The notes: generated by a model from the letters alone, not told the origin. Counted from the first letter of the stretch, positions 35,782 through 45,863 are shown. The stretch is 64,000 nucleotides of DNA from a virus (IMGVR_UViG_3300012667_000235:330-64329); one strand, 5' to 3'. Translations and numbers: made by a program.

Positions 35782-38010
35782 TTAAAATACAACTTCACAT
35801 GCACCACCTTGACAACCTGCTGCCGCTAACGTATCAACTTCCGTATACGTCTGCTTCTGTAACTCTTTAGAGAAATCAATATCTACAAAGTTATTCTTAA
35901 TACTTTCCCATTTGTGCAGATTAAATACATCCTTCAAACAAGATTGCATTTTATTTAGATCACCTTCAAAGAAGTTCTTACTAAACTTTTCTGCTCTACG
36001 AATCCAATCACGTTTTAATAGATCATCAGAATCGCTAGTTAACGTCTGACCATGACCTTGTAGTGTTTCACATGCTGCCCATAGGTTTCTATTGAAAGCA
36101 CGTAGACCTTCTACAACTAGACCGGAAGCAAGCATTGCACCAGAACCATATTTAGTTACGATCTGTTCTGCTGTAAATACTTCAGTAAACGGAGCCTGAG
36201 CATAAGCCTTATCACCAGACATAGGTAGTAGTGAAATACCAGCAAACCATTCACGGTTATCAAATATGTATTGCTCAACTTCATCCCAATTATCTACAGT
36301 AATGGTATTACTTACATTGTGACGTACTTCAGGAATACGGCAACGATAATAATTAGTACCATGCTCAATCCAATTCTGTTGTGCATTCTTTACGAACTCC
36401 AACTGCTTTACACCTAGCAGATCATCCTTGTAAATAGAATCAGCATTACTTACAATAGGAAAGCTAATCACATTATCCGTACCATTGGTAGACCATACTG
36501 ATTTTTCAACCATCTTTGGGTTTAGTCTTTGGATAACATGACCAACTTCATCTTGTTCATTTACTTGAACATTACGGAAATACATGGGTGCATGTTCACC
36601 ATGAATACCAGAAGCCGTACCAAGTAAAACAGAAGCATTACCAGAAGGTTTAACTACCGTACAACGTGCTGCATTATTAATACCAAGTAGTTCAGCTACT
36701 TGTGCATTCACAATCTTTACAACTTCAGCACCTGTCTGTTGTACTTCAGGATCAAATAACCAAGGATTATTCATCCAACCAGTAATACCTACACCAATCA
36801 AGGCTTCTTCTTCTGTAATTTTTTGTGAAGCTTCTGACAAGTACTTAAACTTACTATAACCAGCTTGTAGAGTACCTAGAATAGCACCAGCGCGACAAGC
36901 TTTTCTAAATAGGTCAATATCATTAATCTTACCACCATTCAATTCGGTTAGGTTGCACATCTGCCAACCAGTTTCACCGTCAAATGTCTGTGGATACATC
37001 CCTACTTCTACACAAGGGTTATAAGTAATATCTAGATTATCTGTAAAGATAAATCCGGGTTCACCAAACTCTTTAACCGACTGCATAATGTCAGCCCATT
37101 CTTCACGAGTTAATTCATCCCGTTTAATCATTGCTGAATTATTACTACGACCACGTTGTGGATTATCAATAAACCAGTTACCAGTTTTAGCCTTTAGCAT
37201 TTCCTGATCATCTTTGCTGAATAGGCAAATAGTAGCACTGCGGCGAACACCACCGGACAATACTGCATCTGACATATGCATAACTAGATCATACGCTACA
37301 ATAGGTTTAATCTTTAATTGTTCACCATTTGCGAATTGAGAATCCAGCAAAGTTTCACATTTAATTAAAGATGTGCGTAGACCATCAGGGCCGGGAGCTT
37401 TAAATCCTCCACTGATCTTAGCACCTTTAGGACGGATCAAACTAAAGTCAAAGTGAACTTGACAACCTTTATATTCTGGAAATACAGCACCATCTACAAA
37501 GTAGGAACTTAGTAGTACAGCATATGCATCTGCCCAACCTTCGATACTATCTTGAACTTGATATACCTTAACTTTCTTTTTACTACGAGTTTTAATCTCG
37601 GGTAATTTAGAGATATGCTGTGTCTGTACGGAAAAGCCTACACCTACACCACATAACATAAGGTACATTGCTTCATTAAAGAACGCAGGACGGTCAGCAT
37701 AAGTGCTGCTGCAGTTATACCACCGAGCCTGATGCTTTAGAACCTGCTCACCACCAAATTGCAAACCACGTTGAGCACCAAGTACTAGCTTGTCTTTATA
37801 AGCCTGTTCAGCTTCGTCAATTAATGCAGAAAGCGTAGGAGTCATCTTATCTGCATAATATTGACGGTGTACATTAATTACTCGTTCAACAGCTTCGTCC
37901 CATGATTCAAAACCTTGCTTGGCATCATCCCAACGGGAATATCCCATGTAGAATTTAGCTTCTGACATTAGCTCTTTTGCTGCTTCAAAGTTTGTGTTTT
38001 TATGTTCCAT
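35782..38010 (-). CDS. ribonucleotide reductase catalytic subunit (class I or II; no ATP cone)
   Basis: The ORF track gives 35782..38031. Start moved to the second ATG (MEHKN), which has an AAGGA RBS. C-terminal redox Cys pair GCQGGACEVVF. No small-subunit gene in the window. Confidence 0.8.
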   Translation of the reverse strand: MEHKNTNFEAAKELMSEAKFYMGYSRWDDAKQGFESWDEAVERVINVHRQYYADKMTPTLSALIDEAEQAYKDKLVLGAQRGLQFGGEQVLKHQARWYNCSSTYADRPAFFNEAMYLMLCGVGVGFSVQTQHISKLPEIKTRSKKKVKVYQVQDSIEGWADAYAVLLSSYFVDGAVFPEYKGCQVHFDFSLIRPKGAKISGGFKAPGPDGLRTSLIKCETLLDSQFANGEQLKIKPIVAYDLVMHMSDAVLSGGVRRSATICLFSKDDQEMLKAKTGNWFIDNPQRGRSNNSAMIKRDELTREEWADIMQSVKEFGEPGFIFTDNLDITYNPCVEVGMYPQTFDGETGWQMCNLTELNGGKINDIDLFRKACRAGAILGTLQAGYSKFKYLSEASQKITEEEALIGVGITGWMNNPWLFDPEVQQTGAEVVKIVNAQVAELLGINNAARCTVVKPSGNASVLLGTASGIHGEHAPMYFRNVQVNEQDEVGHVIQRLNPKMVEKSVWSTNGTDNVISFPIVSNADSIYKDDLLGVKQLEFVKNAQQNWIEHGTNYYRCRIPEVRHNVSNTITVDNWDEVEQYIFDNREWFAGISLLPMSGDKAYAQAPFTEVFTAEQIVTKYGSGAMLASGLVVEGLRAFNRNLWAACETLQGHGQTLTSDSDDLLKRDWIRRAEKFSKNFFEGDLNKMQSCLKDVFNLHKWESIKNNFVDIDFSKELQKQTYTEVDTLAAAGCQGGACEVVF

Positions 38011-38021
38011 ATAATCCTTGT

Positions 38022-38501
38022 TTATTCCCATACCGTTTCATCAACTACAGCATACTTATCTCGACTTTCTAGATATTCCTGAGTATCAACTGTAGCACTT
38101 CTTTCTCTATATAAATCTTCTAGGATTTTACTTCCGCTATACTTATCTTTTGCTTCTTTGCTGGCATAACCAGAAGTAATCCATGCTTCATCCTGTCGTT
38201 CTTCACCAACCCATCTACTACAAAACGATACTTCATTTAATCGATTTCGATGTTTGATACCATCTTGTCTTTCAATTCGTTTACTAGTATCAATACCAAG
38301 CTGCCATAAAATATTTAGAAATTCTTTTGGATTGTCTGTTTCAAGTGAAGCTGAATAGTCTGGTAAAACTTTAATTAATTCAGATTCTGATATGATTACG
38401 TTAGCGACAATCATTGAATTTTGTTTAACTTTATGTGACTGAAATCTTGTTAATGTTAATCTTTCACTAACATCATTTTTAGGTTGTGTAATATTTTGCA
38501 T
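38022..38501 (-). CDS. hypothetical protein
   Basis: 159-aa ORF, no motif. Confidence 0.4.
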   Translation of the reverse strand: MQNITQPKNDVSERLTLTRFQSHKVKQNSMIVANVIISESELIKVLPDYSASLETDNPKEFLNILWQLGIDTSKRIERQDGIKHRNRLNEVSFCSRWVGEERQDEAWITSGYASKEAKDKYSGSKILEDLYRERSATVDTQEYLESRDKYAVVDETVWE

Positions 38502-38776
38502 AAGCTCCTTTACTTTCCAATTAATTATTAACGACAGAGAGAGTTGATATTATATCAGAGGAAAGTCGTATTGTAAAGGTAATAGACTTTCCAAGTATTT
38601 ATCAAGAATCTACTTTTGCTTTGAAACTTCGACAATATTAATATCATCATCAGAAGATAAAACTTCTGGTTTATTCTGTCGAGTTACGTATGCATTATAT
38701 ATTTTACCATAAGTGTGCATAATCAAAGCATAAAATACTACTAATAGTAGTAGTTCAGCTAGAATAATATATTCAT

Positions 38777-39316
38777 TCATGTATCCATCCTATCAAAAAT
38801 TGTTTTCATAATAATTTTCCCCTCTCTAATTAAAGATTCCCTAAAAGCAAGTGCTGCTTCTAAAGACTTTTCTACCGACGATAAATTAAATCTTTCAGAG
38901 AGGGTAATACCTTCTTCTTCAATCCATCTAACATAGTAGACACCCCTCTTTTTGTCAAAATTTATATGCTTATACCCGCTAAGACTATCTGGACTAGTTG
39001 GCTTATTTTTTAAATTTTCAGAGCGAGTACATACTCTTAAATTATCACTTACATTGTTAGACTTATTTAAATCCAAATGATCAATTTCAAGATCATCACT
39101 AAATTCTGAATTTGTCAAGAATGATACGATTCTGTGACAAAGATATTTACTTCCATTTAACCCAACATACCAATAACCTCTTTTACCTAAAGAGCCAGCA
39201 ATAGTTCCTTCTTTAGCACGTACCGCATATGTAGTCTTCCAAATTAAACCAGACGGACTTGTTGAGGAATACTCTAAGTTCTTTTCTATAAAATATCTAG
39301 GTAATGGTTTTGGCAT
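38777..39316 (-). CDS. HNH endonuclease with AP2-like N-terminal domain (homing-type)
   Basis: GYWYVGLNGSKYLCHRIV ... IDHLDLNKSNNVSDNLRVCTRSEN. Confidence 0.7.
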   Translation of the reverse strand: MPKPLPRYFIEKNLEYSSTSPSGLIWKTTYAVRAKEGTIAGSLGKRGYWYVGLNGSKYLCHRIVSFLTNSEFSDDLEIDHLDLNKSNNVSDNLRVCTRSENLKNKPTSPDSLSGYKHINFDKKRGVYYVRWIEEEGITLSERFNLSSVEKSLEAALAFRESLIREGKIIMKTIFDRMDT

Positions 39317-39833
39317 TTTTTAGTTCCAGTTCTAAAATAAACATCAGACTAGCAATAGCAGCGGCAAGGTGATTACGCCCATTTTCACTATCATTCTTCT
39401 CCCCTCTTTGCCAAGCCCACATATGTCGATTAGCAGCACTAAAAAATCGATCATTTGGATTCTCAAGTCTCATCCAATTATAGTCTTCGTACTTTTGGCT
39501 ACCGTAAGTAAGAACCTCTACAACCTCTTCTAAAGCATATGGAGGTAAGAGTGAATATCGAGGCTTACCCGAATCGTATTTACGTCCTACAGGCGTTTCT
39601 ACAGAGTTTTCCTCTGGTGTAGCTACTTCGTCAGCGTATTGCCATATTGCGCTGTAATCCCTATTACAAACATAATCCGAATCATCATCTTCTTTAGGAC
39701 ACTCTACAAGGTCTTCATTTTGGTCATTAAATGCACAGTATTGACATTGCTGATACCTAGCTGCACCCGCATGTTTCATATAAATTACTTTTCGACCATT
39801 TATATGGTAATCATTTGGTTTTGTATTTTCCAT
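39297..39833 (-). CDS. putative dNTP pyrophosphohydrolase-like protein (Cys-rich N-terminus plus KYDSGKPRYSLLPP...YGSQKY..NW domain)
   Basis: The motif resembles the N-terminal domain of phage dATP/dGTP diphosphohydrolases. This is a recollection; needs HMM confirmation. Confidence 0.35.
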   Translation of the reverse strand: MENTKPNDYHINGRKVIYMKHAGAARYQQCQYCAFNDQNEDLVECPKEDDDSDYVCNRDYSAIWQYADEVATPEENSVETPVGRKYDSGKPRYSLLPPYALEEVVEVLTYGSQKYEDYNWMRLENPNDRFFSAANRHMWAWQRGEKNDSENGRNHLAAAIASLMFILELELKNAKTIT

Positions 39834-39835
39834 CT

Positions 39836-40327
39836 TTATTCCTCTTCAATTTCTAGATTAGTTGGTACAAAAGAACTTACGTCATTACTTACAAAGTTAC
39901 TAGGTTTGCGAACTTTATTATTCATATCCTTGAATACGATTAAGTTATGTTGTGGACTACGTTCATAAATAATCGGTACTTTCTTTTCTTGGTATAGTGA
40001 AAGTGTGTCGATTAGCACTTCTGTTTCTCGCTCTGGTACAAATTTGGTAAGATTATTAGCTGCTGTAGCTTGCATAGCACCTACTGTATTCATTTTGAGA
40101 GCGTCAAGCATTTGACCCAATCCTGCAGCGGTAACCATAACGTCAACATAACCATCAAGTAGACCTGTATAATTATTTGATAGTAGATCATGCCGAGTTT
40201 CATTTAACTCTTCTTGAATTAGTTCGATCTGCTCTAGTAGAGTCTTTTTGGTTGGAACACCATCTTTACCTGCAATAATATTGAAAAGTTTGCAGTCGCT
40301 AATAAAATCATTTGTTGTGTATGTCAT
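39836..40327 (-). CDS. MazG-like nucleoside triphosphate pyrophosphohydrolase
   Basis: LEQIELIQEELNETRHDLL....LLDGYVDVMV matches the MazG EExxE...D motif pattern. Confidence 0.6.
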   Translation of the reverse strand: MTYTTNDFISDCKLFNIIAGKDGVPTKKTLLEQIELIQEELNETRHDLLSNNYTGLLDGYVDVMVTAAGLGQMLDALKMNTVGAMQATAANNLTKFVPERETEVLIDTLSLYQEKKVPIIYERSPQHNLIVFKDMNNKVRKPSNFVSNDVSSFVPTNLEIEEE

Positions 40328-40348
40328 AATTTCCTTTCAATTACCTAG

Positions 40349-40531
40349 TTATTCAAAATCACCATTACCACCTGTTTTTCTAACAAAATAGTATTCATTA
40401 ATCGCATTGAGTTCACAGAATCGGTTACACGCAGCAGCTTCAAGATCAGCATCTTCTTTAGAGAAGTGAAAAGATATAGCATGGCACCATGATTCAGAAT
40501 AATCATAAGTTTCTCTAAATAAAGTCCACAT
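40349..40531 (-). CDS. hypothetical small protein
   Basis: 60 aa. Preferred over the overlapping 40345..40587 frame by composition. Confidence 0.3.
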   Translation of the reverse strand: MWTLFRETYDYSESWCHAISFHFSKEDADLEAAACNRFCELNAINEYYFVRKTGGNGDFE

Positions 40532-40607
40532 TGATAACCTCCTAAAGTAAAAAGAACCCTAAGCCGAAGCCTAGGGTATTGTTTCAATTTCTAGTTGATA
40601 TTATACA

Positions 40608-41552
40608 TCAGATTTTAGCTGCAGACAGAAGACTTGCACGTTTTTCTTTTGTATTGATTGTCTGACGTTTGCGATGTACGCTTCCACAAGAATTGCAGCG
40701 AACTTCTTGAAACTTACTTACATCAGTATACACTGCTCTACCAGTTAGTTCAACGTCTGTACTTGCACATACAGGACAACGTGTTTCAGCATCATTATAA
40801 TAATTTGCAGCATTAAAATTACTTGCTGTACCAAATGAACGTAGTGCCATATACACATGCTCTAGTAGGTCTGTATCTTGCTTACAATATTCCAGCATAT
40901 TATCTAGTGCTTCTTCATCACCTTGAAGCGTATCAATCCATAGCTTAATACCACCTGTTTGCTTCTTACGTCCAATCCCCAATAGATCAGCAATTGAATC
41001 TAGTCGGTTACTAGGTAGACGGAAATGTTTCTTAGCCATTTGAAGAGTATCTAGCACCTTTACACTAGGTAGTGGAGGAATACCATTTACAAGGCAACGG
41101 GCTTGAAGTACTTTATGGTCAAACTGAATTGCATTATGTGCCACAACAGCATCGGCTTGATGATATAGCTCCCATAGTGCAGCAGTAACATTTGTATCAA
41201 CTCCCTCATTGATATCATCCTGAGAATACAAGATATGAGTTTCATCTTCACCTAGCCATTTATAACTAGCACAGATAATCCATCCACCTTCAGTATAAAT
41301 ATTATCTTGACCAATATTCTGCTTCCATCGACCAAATGAATATGCCAGCGCAGGGGCAGTCTCACAGTCCCAAATTAAGATACGTGGGCCTTGATCTGTC
41401 AAATCCGTAGATTCTACTTCATCTTTATACTGGTTGATTACATTATTTACTGCAGATTTACTACAGTTCAATGCTCGGGCAATTGCTCTAGATTTCATAC
41501 CTGTTTCAGCATATAATAAAATTAGATTTTTAAAGTCTTGTGAAAATTTCAT
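40608..41552 (-). CDS. DEDDy 3'-5' exonuclease with N-terminal HTH and C-terminal zinc ribbon
   Basis: Exo motifs: I is WDCET, II is HNAIQFD, III is YCKQDTD. N-terminal HTH segment RAIARALNCSKSAVNNV. C-terminal CPVCAS...CNSCGS zinc ribbon. Confidence 0.7.
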   Translation of the reverse strand: MKFSQDFKNLILLYAETGMKSRAIARALNCSKSAVNNVINQYKDEVESTDLTDQGPRILIWDCETAPALAYSFGRWKQNIGQDNIYTEGGWIICASYKWLGEDETHILYSQDDINEGVDTNVTAALWELYHQADAVVAHNAIQFDHKVLQARCLVNGIPPLPSVKVLDTLQMAKKHFRLPSNRLDSIADLLGIGRKKQTGGIKLWIDTLQGDEEALDNMLEYCKQDTDLLEHVYMALRSFGTASNFNAANYYNDAETRCPVCASTDVELTGRAVYTDVSKFQEVRCNSCGSVHRKRQTINTKEKRASLLSAAKI

Positions 41553-42058
41553 TAGGTATCCTTTATTGAGTTAATTGTAGTCGAGATTATAACATAACTT
41601 AGACTTCTGTCAAGTGTCAAAGCTTTGAATAATTTTAAGCGTTCAGCAGAATTAGAACCAGTTTTACTACCTAATGCACTAAGTACTTTAGATTGTTGCG
41701 CTGCAGTAAGTTTCTTATAATCGATAGTTACTCGTTTTAACCAAGCTGGATGATATGGATTTTTACTATAATCTTGTTCTAAGTATAAAGCAAGATTGCG
41801 TAATATAGTTGGTAATGGAATATCTGTAAGCCATTGTAAACATCGTTTATGAGCATTGGTAACTAGACCTTCAAATGCGTTTGTATTCCTATTTAAAGCG
41901 GCTCTACAGTGTTGTGTGGTATGGTCATGATCAAGTACAACTGCTTCACAGAATGGTTCATTTAAAATTGGATCAATTCCATTTTGTTTATTTACAAAAG
42001 AATCTCTAACTTCTTTGATTTCGGTTACACTGTATAAACTTTTAGGTTTCATTTCCAA
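41552..42058 (-). CDS. recombination endonuclease VII-like Holliday junction resolvase
   Basis: CEAVVLDHDHTTQHCRAALNRNTNAFEG matches the endo VII signature (LDHDH...G..R..LC..CN). Confidence 0.65.
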   Translation of the reverse strand: MEMKPKSLYSVTEIKEVRDSFVNKQNGIDPILNEPFCEAVVLDHDHTTQHCRAALNRNTNAFEGLVTNAHKRCLQWLTDIPLPTILRNLALYLEQDYSKNPYHPAWLKRVTIDYKKLTAAQQSKVLSALGSKTGSNSAERLKLFKALTLDRSLSYVIISTTINSIKDT

Positions 42059-42246
42059 TCATCTACATTTCGTTGATTTACAAAAGCTTGGTATCGATAT
42101 TGCTCAATCATACCTTCAAGATGTGTGATTGTCCTGTTAGCAAGTTCAAGCTCTAGTCTGTACTCAGCAATATCTTCTTCCTGTTTACGAATCTGTCTTT
42201 TATAAGATTCTATTTCAGCTTCAATGTCTCCGGTTGGTTCTTTCAT
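42049..42246 (-). CDS. hypothetical small coiled-coil protein
   Basis: 65 aa. Confidence 0.35.
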   Translation of the reverse strand: MKEPTGDIEAEIESYKRQIRKQEEDIAEYRLELELANRTITHLEGMIEQYRYQAFVNQRNVDDWK

Positions 42247-42485
42247 GTAATCTCCTTAAATTGACTTCCTGAGAAGTTATCAACAGTACTTTCTAACTCC
42301 CAAATTCTATGTTGAAGTGAATGATTGAGTTTCCAAATCTTCTCAATTTCATCAGCGGCTTCTTCTAGTAGATCGGAAAGTCTATCTGGTTTACCTTCTT
42401 GAACTGATTTACGACTATGGATATTCCTACGAATCTCTGCACGTTTACGTAGTCTTACTACGATGTAATCATTCCAACTATTCAT
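42243..42485 (-). CDS. hypothetical small protein
   Basis: 80 aa. Confidence 0.35.
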   Translation of the reverse strand: MNSWNDYIVVRLRKRAEIRRNIHSRKSVQEGKPDRLSDLLEEAADEIEKIWKLNHSLQHRIWELESTVDNFSGSQFKEIT

Positions 42486-43453
42486 AATTCAACTCCATAT
42501 GTACGGCAGAATTCGGCTGCATTTAAATCATCAGTTTCATGCTGCATCATTCTTGCGCATTTAAAATATAGCTGAAACATATCTTTGTAATCTGCTCTGC
42601 TCTTCTTACCTGTCCAATCGACGTAATCAAAAGGTTTAGGATACCATTCTTTGTATTGGTTAACTACCTTTGTTAAAGCTTCATACTCAGTCTTGCAATC
42701 CTTCAGTAGTTTATACGCTGATTTCTCTCTGTACTTCTTACCAGCAATCTCTGATGGTTTCCAATGGTCAGCAATATCCCCATTGACCATCTGGAACATC
42801 AACCAAATAAACCCCCTGCCTGTAATCTTCTTACCTGTATCCCATAATAAACCAAAATCGGGCACTAGTTCTAGTATAGGATCATCAGCAGTAAAATCAT
42901 ACAGATTTAAACCGCTTGCTGAATAAGCATCTTTATCTTGACTGACAAGAATAGGTATATAACCCTTGTTTAGATATTCATAACCTTTAATAATTAGATC
43001 ATCATCTGCTTCTCTGTTATCAGCAAGTAATGAAGGATGATTACGCCATAGGAATGTCTTAGCTGCTTTAAGATGCACAGGACGCATCAAACCTTCACGA
43101 TTTGATTTATACTTTGATGGTAATGGTAATGTATCTCTAAAGTTATTCTTTCCACTTAAGCAGATTAAATAATCATCAGCAAATACTGCCGAGTTAATAC
43201 TATTGATCTGATTCTTCAGTATTTTATAGACATTAATCAAAGGTTCAGGATTTTGCTGGTCATCAATTTTGTAATCATCTGGATTAAATACCATATCTTT
43301 GGACTTAAGTAAATCCTTAAATTCTGTACGGTTCTCAAATTCCTTAGTTCTACCTGAAGGTAAATGCTGGACTAATACAGAGCGATTATCAACAACGGCA
43401 CTAGCGCGAAATGCTAAAGCATCACCGTCATAAATAGCTATAATTTTACTCAT
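42482..43453 (-). CDS. 5'-3' exonuclease / flap endonuclease (FEN family; T7 gp6-like)
   Basis: N-terminal IYDGDALAFRA. Later acidic cluster ADNREADDDLIIKG. Confidence 0.55.
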   Translation of the reverse strand: MSKIIAIYDGDALAFRASAVVDNRSVLVQHLPSGRTKEFENRTEFKDLLKSKDMVFNPDDYKIDDQQNPEPLINVYKILKNQINSINSAVFADDYLICLSGKNNFRDTLPLPSKYKSNREGLMRPVHLKAAKTFLWRNHPSLLADNREADDDLIIKGYEYLNKGYIPILVSQDKDAYSASGLNLYDFTADDPILELVPDFGLLWDTGKKITGRGFIWLMFQMVNGDIADHWKPSEIAGKKYREKSAYKLLKDCKTEYEALTKVVNQYKEWYPKPFDYVDWTGKKSRADYKDMFQLYFKCARMMQHETDDLNAAEFCRTYGVEL

Positions 43454-43802
43454 CCTCTACATCCAATCTATAAACAAACACTTGCAAACCTTTTTTAGTA
43501 GCCTGCTGAATCATATTAGCTGTACCTTTACTCTTACCATCCCATACTGCAATTAAAGCTTCAGCGTAGTCAGCCATTTCAGCATTACGTATAGGGCCAG
43601 CACGATTACCGTATTTATTCCAATTAGCAGGGAATACTTTAATAGGTAAGTAATTATTTTTAGCTACTTCCTCTCCTAGTTTATCAACTCCTCTTGCACC
43701 ACCAGAAACAATTTCTGTTACTCTAAATGGTGCTTTAGCGTATGCATCTAGCACAATATGATAGGCAGTAATATCTCTACTACCTGCTATGATTGTTTTC
43801 AT
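43446..43802 (-). CDS. SLOG-superfamily DUF2493-like protein
   Basis: IIAGSRD...VSGGARGVD Rossmann-like motifs. Confidence 0.5.
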   Translation of the reverse strand: MKTIIAGSRDITAYHIVLDAYAKAPFRVTEIVSGGARGVDKLGEEVAKNNYLPIKVFPANWNKYGNRAGPIRNAEMADYAEALIAVWDGKSKGTANMIQQATKKGLQVFVYRLDVEDE

Positions 43803-43851
43803 ATCAACCCTTAAAAGAAAACCTCCGGTTGTTACACCAGAGGTTATTACA

Positions 43852-44064
43852 TTATTTCTTTACTTGACCACCTCGGAAGAATAAACCAAGTACAATTACT
43901 GCTAACCATTGCCAGAATCCGTACGGGATAGCTGCTACTGGTACTAGCGTATTAATAGCCCAAATTACACAGATAGGTAGGAAGATAATAATTGCGATAA
44001 TTAAAGCAACTAGTGCTGTAATACCTAAAGTTGTACTAATTGTTTTCATTGTGGTTTCCTTCAT
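43852..44064 (-). CDS. small membrane protein (2 TM)
   Basis: 70 aa, strongly hydrophobic. Confidence 0.4.
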   Translation of the reverse strand: MKETTMKTISTTLGITALVALIIAIIIFLPICVIWAINTLVPVAAIPYGFWQWLAVIVLGLFFRGGQVKK

Positions 44065-44069
44065 ATGTT

Positions 44070-44417
44070 TTACCTAATAGGTGTTACTTGAAATTCATGA
44101 CTATCGATAAAATAGTAAGTTTTATCATATCGTCCATATTCTACTTTAAGTTCACCTAAATATAGTTCTCCATTTACGATAAACTTTTGTTCGTATAAAG
44201 GTAAACCACAATTATAACTACCTTCACAATCATTAGATGATTCAGCATATAGTTTACCTTCAATTGTTTCACATGCTACTTTAAAATCATCAAACTGGTT
44301 ATTTTCAGGTTGATTATCAAAAGTACGTAGCGAAGCATGTGCAGCAGCTAGACGTTTTGTTAAATCATCTACATGATCTAAAAGAATCTGCCGCCGCTGT
44401 AGCTTATCTAATTGCAT
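44070..44417 (-). CDS. hypothetical protein
   Basis: 115 aa. Confidence 0.4.
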   Translation of the reverse strand: MQLDKLQRRQILLDHVDDLTKRLAAAHASLRTFDNQPENNQFDDFKVACETIEGKLYAESSNDCEGSYNCGLPLYEQKFIVNGELYLGELKVEYGRYDKTYYFIDSHEFQVTPIR

Positions 44418-44422
44418 ATTAA

Positions 44423-44773
44423 TTAAGCTTTTACGAAATCAAAACCAGACTTTGGTACAGCTTTAGCGAAATACCATTTGTCAAAATTGCTACCATCATA
44501 AGATGCATACCAACCTTCAAACTTTACATAAACCATTTCACTTTCCTTTTTAAAGGAATATACTGACCAGTATTCACTTCCACAATCTTCACCACCATAA
44601 TTATCTTCATGGTTAAATGAAATACCGGCATTAGTAAGAGTTAGTTTAAACTCTGTTGCTTCATCAGAATCCCAACGTTCATTTTCGTTAATTTCAGACC
44701 GAAAAAATTCATTGATAATATTAGTATCGGCTTCTTTTAGAATACCTTTGACTTCATCTTTTAATGTTGACAT
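44423..44773 (-). CDS. hypothetical protein
   Basis: 116 aa. Confidence 0.4.
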   Translation of the reverse strand: MSTLKDEVKGILKEADTNIINEFFRSEINENERWDSDEATEFKLTLTNAGISFNHEDNYGGEDCGSEYWSVYSFKKESEMVYVKFEGWYASYDGSNFDKWYFAKAVPKSGFDFVKA

Positions 44774-44785
44774 ATATAAACTCCT

Positions 44786-45658
44786 TTACTGTTTAATAAG
44801 AACTTGTTTAACTTTCTCTACTTTACTTTCATCGAAACCTTGAACTAACTCAGGGTAGTAATCGATACTGTAATCTCTAAACCAACCAGAGCATAGTGTA
44901 GTGCAGACTTTTTGTAAAGCTTGCATATATGCTTTTTTAGCAGGATACTTCCAATCGTTACGTACTAGATATCTCTCTGTTGCAATCACATATACTTCTT
45001 CTTGTATGCACTTCAGTTTATCTTCGTGGGATAGCTGAAGCCATTTACTTTCTTCACACCATGCTAGATTAGCTTGTCGAAGTAACCTAGTATACAACGG
45101 TTTGTCATAGTGTGCATACAATTCATGTAAATAATCATGGTCAAACTTTTTAGCAACAGCATCATCAAAAAAGTCTTCTTTACTTTGCATCAGATTAGGA
45201 TTACCTTGAGGGTATTCTTTCATTGTCATAGCTGTACGTTCAGCTAGGATACGGCGATCATTATCTGTGTAGTACTGCGTAAACTCTTTGAGGTACTTAT
45301 GATAATGAGTGATATGTTTATTCCACTTAATATCACGCCATAAGTGGCTGCGCTTAATAATTGACAAACCAATTGGAGTCACCACATGACAGCGGATACC
45401 TTGAATTTCAATGAATGCTGAATCATTGGTATAAATACTAAGGTCATCATTATTTAGCAACCAGCGATCATGCCACTCGATATGAGATTCTACGGTTCTT
45501 TGTTCAATAATTCTATTATCTTTTTTAATAGCATATTGAATAATACCTGATGCATTTATTGGCCTATTTGAAATAATATCAAAATCAGTGGAGTCCTTTA
45601 TTTCCATTTCTGGAAACCAATATTTTAATGCTCGTGAACCAATTAGTAAATTACGCAT
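44786..45658 (-). CDS. hypothetical protein with possible minimal nucleotidyltransferase fold (GS ...16 aa... DFD)
   Basis: LIGSRALKYWFPEMEIKDSTDFDII resembles the hG[GS]-x(n)-DhD signature. Adjacent to the tRNA genes. Confidence 0.35.
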   Translation of the reverse strand: MRNLLIGSRALKYWFPEMEIKDSTDFDIISNRPINASGIIQYAIKKDNRIIEQRTVESHIEWHDRWLLNNDDLSIYTNDSAFIEIQGIRCHVVTPIGLSIIKRSHLWRDIKWNKHITHYHKYLKEFTQYYTDNDRRILAERTAMTMKEYPQGNPNLMQSKEDFFDDAVAKKFDHDYLHELYAHYDKPLYTRLLRQANLAWCEESKWLQLSHEDKLKCIQEEVYVIATERYLVRNDWKYPAKKAYMQALQKVCTTLCSGWFRDYSIDYYPELVQGFDESKVEKVKQVLIKQ

Positions 45659-45675
45659 AATATCCTTTCATTATT

Positions 45676-45751
45676 TGGTGCGACAGGATGGAATTGAACC
45701 ATCGACCAATGAATTATGAGTTCACTGCTCTACCATTGAGCTACTGTCGCA
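45676..45751 (-). tRNA. tRNA-Met (anticodon CAT; could be Ile-lysidine type)
   Basis: Manual fold. Acceptor TGCGACA/TGTCGCA. Anticodon stem GTGAA/TTCAT with loop CTCATAA. T-arm GATGG-TTCAATTC-CATC. Encoded CCA. Confidence 0.8.
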
Positions 45752-45863
45752 TTATACCATAAGTAAATAGTTATACTGCTGCAGCAAGTTACCAAAATAG
45801 TACAAAAGGTTCATTCGACTGTTCCTAGGTTGACTAAATATTCACTATATAACTATTTACTTA

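Noticed and set aside
39639-39968. 109-aa + strand ORF overlapping two - strand genes
   Set aside because: Antisense to well-supported pyrophosphohydrolase genes. Hydrophobic junk composition.
39297-40327. Possibility that the tandem pyrophosphohydrolases mark a 2-aminoadenine (Z-genome) biosynthesis cluster
   Set aside because: No PurZ-like adenylosuccinate-synthetase homolog (GDEGKGK P-loop) and no HD-domain dATPase were found in the window. Kept only as a generic dNTP-pool finding.
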